This document shows, in pieces, positions 58,430-64,000 of a DNA stretch of 64,000 nucleotides. How positions within the stretch are numbered: the stretch's first letter is position 1; the number at the start of each line of letters is the position of its first letter. A model generated the notes under the pieces. It worked only from the letters and a program-made list of their open reading frames with translations, was not told the origin of the DNA and did no database searches. The position numbers and the translations under genes are program-made. The DNA is taken from assembly GCA_964016885.1 (NCBI GenBank), contig OZ024740.1, positions 188,108,001-188,172,000 of the forward strand. The letters run 5' to 3'. The DNA comes from Eledone cirrhosa (taxonomy: Eukaryota).

Positions 58430-59010
58430 AGGAAACAAACTCTATCAAATTATTAGAGGGTTCCATAGAAGCAATTGACAGTTTCTGTTAACTGGGTGAC
58501 CTAATAAGCAGTGGAGGTGGTTATTCTGAAAGAACACTACCCAGAGTGTGAACAGGATGGAAAACGTTCATGGAGTTACTACTAAAAAGCTTTTCCCTTA
58601 AAATGAAGGGCAGATTGAATGAGGTGTATATATGAACAGCAATGCTGCATGGTAATGAGACTTGAGTGCTGTGAGTAGCGGACCTATGCAGAGTGGAAAT
58701 AAATGAAGCTTGCATGTTCTGATGGATGTTTAATAGTAATATACATGAACAGCAAAGTATAAATGAACTAAGAGAGGAACTGGGCATAAGAGAGATCAGA
58801 TATAGTGTGCAGGAGTAGAAATTGCAGTGGTGTGGACATGTGATGCATATAAATGATGACAGCTATATAAAAATGTGCAGTTGATGGAAGCTATGGAAGA
58901 AGCAGACTGAGGAAAGTTTAGGATGAGATGATAAAATCTGACCTCACACAATTTTACATTACAAAGATGATGACACAGGATGGAGATCTCTGGCATTATG
59001 CATTTGAATA
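58430..59010 (+). mobile_element. Old, decayed RTE 3' fragment
   Basis: Similar to 11200-11770, with many stops. Confidence 0.8.
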
Positions 59011-60689
59011 AATGTGACTGTATGGGGTAGATGGAGGCTCTTGAATTCACAGTTGTGGCAGTACCTTTTAAAGCAGCAGTCACTCCAAATAATTGAGACA
59101 GCATGGGGCCCATAAACTGCAATGAAAGCAACCTATGTAGTAGAATATTTACTCTGAATAAAAACTGATAGAAGGTGGAGAAAACTCTAGAGTCCAGTCA
59201 GACAACATCTTTTTAGTGCCGGTGGCATGAAGAATGCACCCAGTTCACATTATAAAATTATTATATGGTGATAGGAAGGGCATCCAGCCAGAAAACCCCT
59301 ATCAAACATATGAAAAATACAACATATAAGATTCACACTAATTGTGTACAGGACTAATATTTGCTGTGCTAGTGATTTGACTAGTTCCACACCACTCAGT
59401 AAGCAAATGAGGCCTGGGATCTTGCCGATCAATTCAATCCATCGCTACTAATATGATTTGATCCACTATAGGTACAGAGTGGTTAAACATAGAGTTCATC
59501 CCATTCAGAACTTTCTGGATTAAACAGTATCAATCCATACAGGCATCAGATATCTGATTATCGCTGAATATGCACACTGGCAAACTGCCCAATTGGCAAA
59601 TGTTAATAAAGTGTTTAGAGCTTATATAGTGCACTTTATTGAAAGCATGAAATGTAACAAGATTTATATAGGCAGTACCATCCAGCTATTGCATATCCAC
59701 ATTAGGGAACAGATTAATATGGCAGTATCATCTATTAAAATGTTCTGAGCAGTTGCCAGAATAGAAATGTTACAGATTCTGTCAATGCCTTTGTTAGAAA
59801 CTTTGATAACTTGCAGAAATAATAGTTATTAAGCATATGCAGCAAGAGATTAACACTTGTCATGAACTTTGTAATTGTCAGCTATTTATTGCATTATATG
59901 AATATCACAGCTACTTATTCTTACAACCATCTGCATATTCATATATGTTATAACAGTTTTTGTTTTGATTATCATCTATGTCTCTTTCAGATGTTTAATT
60001 TTTTTTTCCCTCAGACCGTGATTAGAGCTTAATACTGAAATATTGAATGAATACAGTTATTCCAGCTTTGTTTTAAATTGCTTCCATTACCCATGTCTGT
60101 ATTTTAACTACACTGTTTCCAGTAAGCTACAAAGTCATATCTTTGTATTTATTTACATTTATTGATAAATTAGTTTTCTAAAAATATTTTCTTTATTATA
60201 GAATATTATTTTGATTTTTAGTTGAATTTTCAATAAGTACTCTGCAACTATATCAATATATTGGCTTTCATGACAGTGTGAAACACAGTGTCAATTATTG
60301 TGTATTATTGGTTTTAGAATAGACCAAGCACCACAAACTTTTTATTACTCTTCCTTTATAATTCAAATGGATTTAATAGATCGACGAGCGTGTTGGACTT
60401 CCAATCATAACATCATGGGTTTGATTCTTGGATTGGGTCATGCATTGTGTTCTTGAACAAAATACTTCATTTCACTTTGCACCTGTATGCTCAGCTAAAA
60501 ATTAGTTAGAGCAGTTGCTGTGGGTTTAGCCCTGCAATTGACTGGCATCTTGTCTACAGGGATGTCTTGTACTCTCAATCAAATATCACAACACAAACTG
60601 GGATAAGCACTGGCCTGCTAAACCTCCGTGTCCGAGACAGATTTTAGACTTTAAAAATAAAAATAATTTCCTAGAAATTGCACCAATGC

Positions 60690-62176
60690 AATGAGAGTCA
60701 GGAGTGATAATTCCAATTTTCAAAAAGGGAGACCAGAGAGATTGCTCCAATTATAGAGGGATCTCCTTGTTAAACCTCCCTGGTAAAGTCTATGCTAAGT
60801 CTCTAACAAAGACATGCAGGGAGAGTGTTCAAGCTAGATGATAAACAGTGTGGTTTTTGTACAGCCAACCAAATATTCACACTGCAGCAGGTCTTTGAAA
60901 AATGGTGAGAGTATTGCCAAGAGGTGTATTCTTGCTTTGTAGACCTCAAAAAGACATGTGGCCATGTTCCATGGGATCTGCTGTGTAAGGTTGTACAGGA
61001 GTATGGGATCGATGGTCAGCTTCTTGTTACCTTGATGTCTCTCTAGTCCTGAGTGTTTGGATAAATGTTTGGATAAATGGTGCTAAATCAAAACCATTCA
61101 ATATGGGAGTTTCACTTCATCAAGAGTCACCTTTCCTGTTCATTATTTTCATGAACGAGATTGACATGCACAGCTGAGTTGGAAATGGTATGATAATTGG
61201 CACGTGTTGAATCACTTGGCTGGAATTTGCAGACAACATGGTGTTACTTAATTCGTCAGAAGGTGATCTACTTTCCACTTGATATATTTGATGCCAAGTG
61301 CTGTGTGGCTGGAATTAAAATCAGTGCTGCAAAAACTGAGACACTCATTCTCTCAAGGAAGCATGCACAGTGTGCTCTACATATGAATGGAGTTCCACTG
61401 AAATGGGTGAAGTGCAAGTATCTCAGGGCTATGTTGAATGATGGAAGGCAGGAGGCAAAATTAAGTGCAAGAATTGCAGGAGCTGGTGCAGTAATGCACT
61501 AGCTAGATGATTCGGTAATCAGAAGAAGGGAGATAGGTGGAAAAGCCTAACTTGGTATCTTAAATTCGGTATTCATGCCAACTCTTACCTATAGTCATGA
61601 ATCTTGGGTAGTGACCAAAAGAATACAAGCAGATGAAATGGGATTCCTCCAAAGTGCCTTTGGAGTAATGTTACTCAATAGAGTGCATAGCTTGGAGATG
61701 AGAGAGTCACTCCATGTAGGAAGTGTTGCTTCTCTGAATTGAGAGATCACAGATTCAATACTATCAATAACATGGGCATGTGGTTAGAATGACTCAGGAA
61801 AGAATCACTGGACAGATTTTACAGTCAACACCAACTGCCTGTGCTGGTGATATGACAAAAAGGGCCCAGTCCACCCTGTGAGGTAATTGAGTTGGTGGCA
61901 CTATAAAAAGGACCCAGTAAATCCTGTAAGGTGTCTGTACTGGTGACAAAACAAAAACTATCCAGTCAAACCTGTAAGATGGTCATTTTGGTTTTACCCA
62001 TGATAAAAAACACTGTAAAGTGTTTGGTGTTAGGAAAGGCAAAAAGCCGTAGACACGAAGTCGAGATACAGAAAACTATGAACAAGACATGGTCTGCTGA
62101 CCTGAATTGTCTCAATGTGAAATCTCGTCTAACACATGCAAGTCTGGAAAATGAACGTTAAATAATGATGATGATG
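60690..62176 (+). mobile_element. Decayed RT region of the third RTE-like family
   Basis: PIFKKGD...CSNYRGISLL, CFVDLKK, EFADN and KYL remnants; (TGA)n tail. Confidence 0.8.
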
Positions 62177-62917
62177 TTTTATTTTAAACATTCTGTATTT
62201 ACATGAACCAGTAATATACTGGTTCAAATATACTCACTAATCGTTACTTAAAAGAAAAATACAACAGGGCTTTTCAAAGAAATTATTATTGTGGTTGTTT
62301 TCTTAGCAAGTGTATATTATTTTATATTGATTTTAAAATAACATATGATGATTCAGAAACGAGTAATAATCCATTACTCTTTTTCGTATTGTGATAGTTT
62401 GACCAGTTAGCTACTGAACCTTAAACTAAACCTAGTGAAAATCAACAGAAGTGAAAATTATAGAAATATAGTTTTTTTCTGATTTCGCTTTTCATTCATT
62501 TCTCAGTATGTTTAATAATGAGGAAAAAGAAAAAAGAATGATTTTATCAGTTGCAGTAAAGAAAATAATGTATATAGGAGGAAGAAAGACATGAAGGTTC
62601 AAAGGTTGTAACTCATTATAAAAAGCATCAAATCTGTAATTATCTTTTCTTTAAATTTCTATGGAAATATCAGTTTATTGATTCTTGATGGTGTAAAATG
62701 AGGTATCATTAATATATGTTTTAATAGTTGCTTCAATAGCTGAATTCAATAGCATTATGCTTGCTCTTTTCTAGCCTTTCATTTTTTTTATCTCAATAAA
62801 AGTGTCAGTCAACTTTGTTCAGTAAAATCACCATTCATTTCTTCAATTTTGTGTTATATAAGCTATTTGACAAACTATCAGGGATTTATACTAACATATA
62901 ATATATATATATATACA

Positions 62918-63146
62918 TTTATTAAAATAACAGATTAAAGTTTAAGCAAAGAATCGCTGCTTTCACCCTTAACGGGATCTTCTGAAACTCAGAAGATCCC
63001 GTTAAGGGTGAAAGCAGCGATTCTTTGCTTAAACTTTAATCTGTTATTTTAATAAATATTTGCTCTACGGTTCTTATATATTTGATATATATTTATCCTT
63101 ATCGAGCCCTCTTTGGATTTTAGTCTTCAAATTTATTATTATTACT
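62918..63146. mobile_element. Fold-back Penelope 3' end (complete CAGAAGA HHR on minus at 62939-62989)
   Basis: Inverted arms around ~62987; same family as 43506-43683. Confidence 0.85.
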
Positions 63147-63359
63147 ATATATATATACATATATATATATTTATATATATAAAACTACCTCTGGAAATGG
63201 CAGGAGATCAGCTGTCAGGGTCCCAACTCCTTCATATTACCACACTCTACTATTCCAAGTATCAAGAAATCTGGTTAGTAATAGTCTAGCAGTTACTGCA
63301 TCCATTCTCATTTAAATATATCATCATCATTTAATGTCCATCTTCCACGCTAGCAAGGG

Positions 63360-63396
<37 letters not shown>

Positions 63397-63423
63397 GATA
63401 AATCTACTATTTTTTTAATAATT

Positions 63424-63454
<31 letters not shown>

Positions 63455-63479
63455 GCAGACACACATAAAGACATTTTTT

Positions 63480-63709
63480 AGTCATGAATTAACGTAGGTT
63501 TGTAGAAAGTTCCACTCCAAGGCACAAGACAGGGCAAGGTATTTTTGATGAAGACAAGCAGTTTCCATTGCATAACATTGCTTGGCACCATTGACCAGCT
63601 GAGTGAACTTGAAATAAAGTGCCTTACTGAAGGACACAATGCCTTGCCTGGTCCAGATATCGAACTCACAAGGATTGTGGATCCAACTCTCTAACCTTTA
63701 AGCCACATG

Positions 63710-63712
<3 letters not shown>
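63480..63712 (-). mobile_element. Diverged tRNA-SINE
   Basis: Minus strand ggcatgtggcttaaaggttagag...gagttcgatatc...ccttcagtaaggcactttatttc. Confidence 0.7.
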
Positions 63713-63762
<50 letters not shown>

Positions 63763-63767
<5 letters not shown>

Positions 63768-63832
63768 AATAATAATAAATGTGAAGAGTAAAATTCAAAG
63801 AGGGCTCGATAAGGATAAATATATATCAAATA
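63763..63832 (-). mobile_element. Terminal ~70 bp of the 43.6-kb Penelope family in (TA)n
   Basis: Matches 8312-8380. Confidence 0.8.
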
Positions 63833-63859
63833 TATATATATATATATATACACATAATA

Positions 63860-64000
63860 TCATCATCATCATCACTGTTTTACGTCCGTTCTTCCATGCT
63901 AGCATGGGTTAGACGGGTTGTCCTGTTGTAGGCAGTGTCTGGTCGGCTGACCATGCCTTGCTCATACAGGAACTGATTTTGGCTTGATTTCTACAGCTGG
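63860..64000 (-). mobile_element. 3' tail of the 21177-22625 RTE subfamily (runs off the window)
   Basis: Reverse complement of 22480-22625. Confidence 0.85.

Overview
This is a eukaryotic, AT-rich, repeat-saturated window. An octopus-like cephalopod is inferred from the RTE LINE/SINE families and the (TA)n load, but this is not proven. No host protein-coding exon is recognisable, and the many 'YIYI' ORFs are (TA)n microsatellite artefacts. About 1-27 kb and 41.5-64 kb are nested piles of RTE LINEs, one Jockey/CR1-group LINE, tRNA-derived SINEs and Penelope-like elements (PLEs), mostly inserted into (TA)n tracts. About 27-41.5 kb looks like quieter intron. Main result: folding by eye finds about 10 structurally complete type I hammerhead ribozymes (HHRs) from about six unrelated sequence families, plus several remnants. 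They include core variants (U3-A8 'UUGAUAA' and A4 'CAGAAGA'). Two sit in non-coding circularly permuted monomers (591 and 472 nt) that look like retrozymes or circRNA-producing mini-PLEs. Several sit in fold-back palindromes carrying a ribozyme on each strand. Second result: a textbook recursive-splice site (branch point, poly-Y, CAG|GTAAGT, 31-nt cryptic exon) at 27510/27511 suggests the window lies in a giant + strand intron. All RNA structures were derived by hand and none is experimentally or computationally confirmed.
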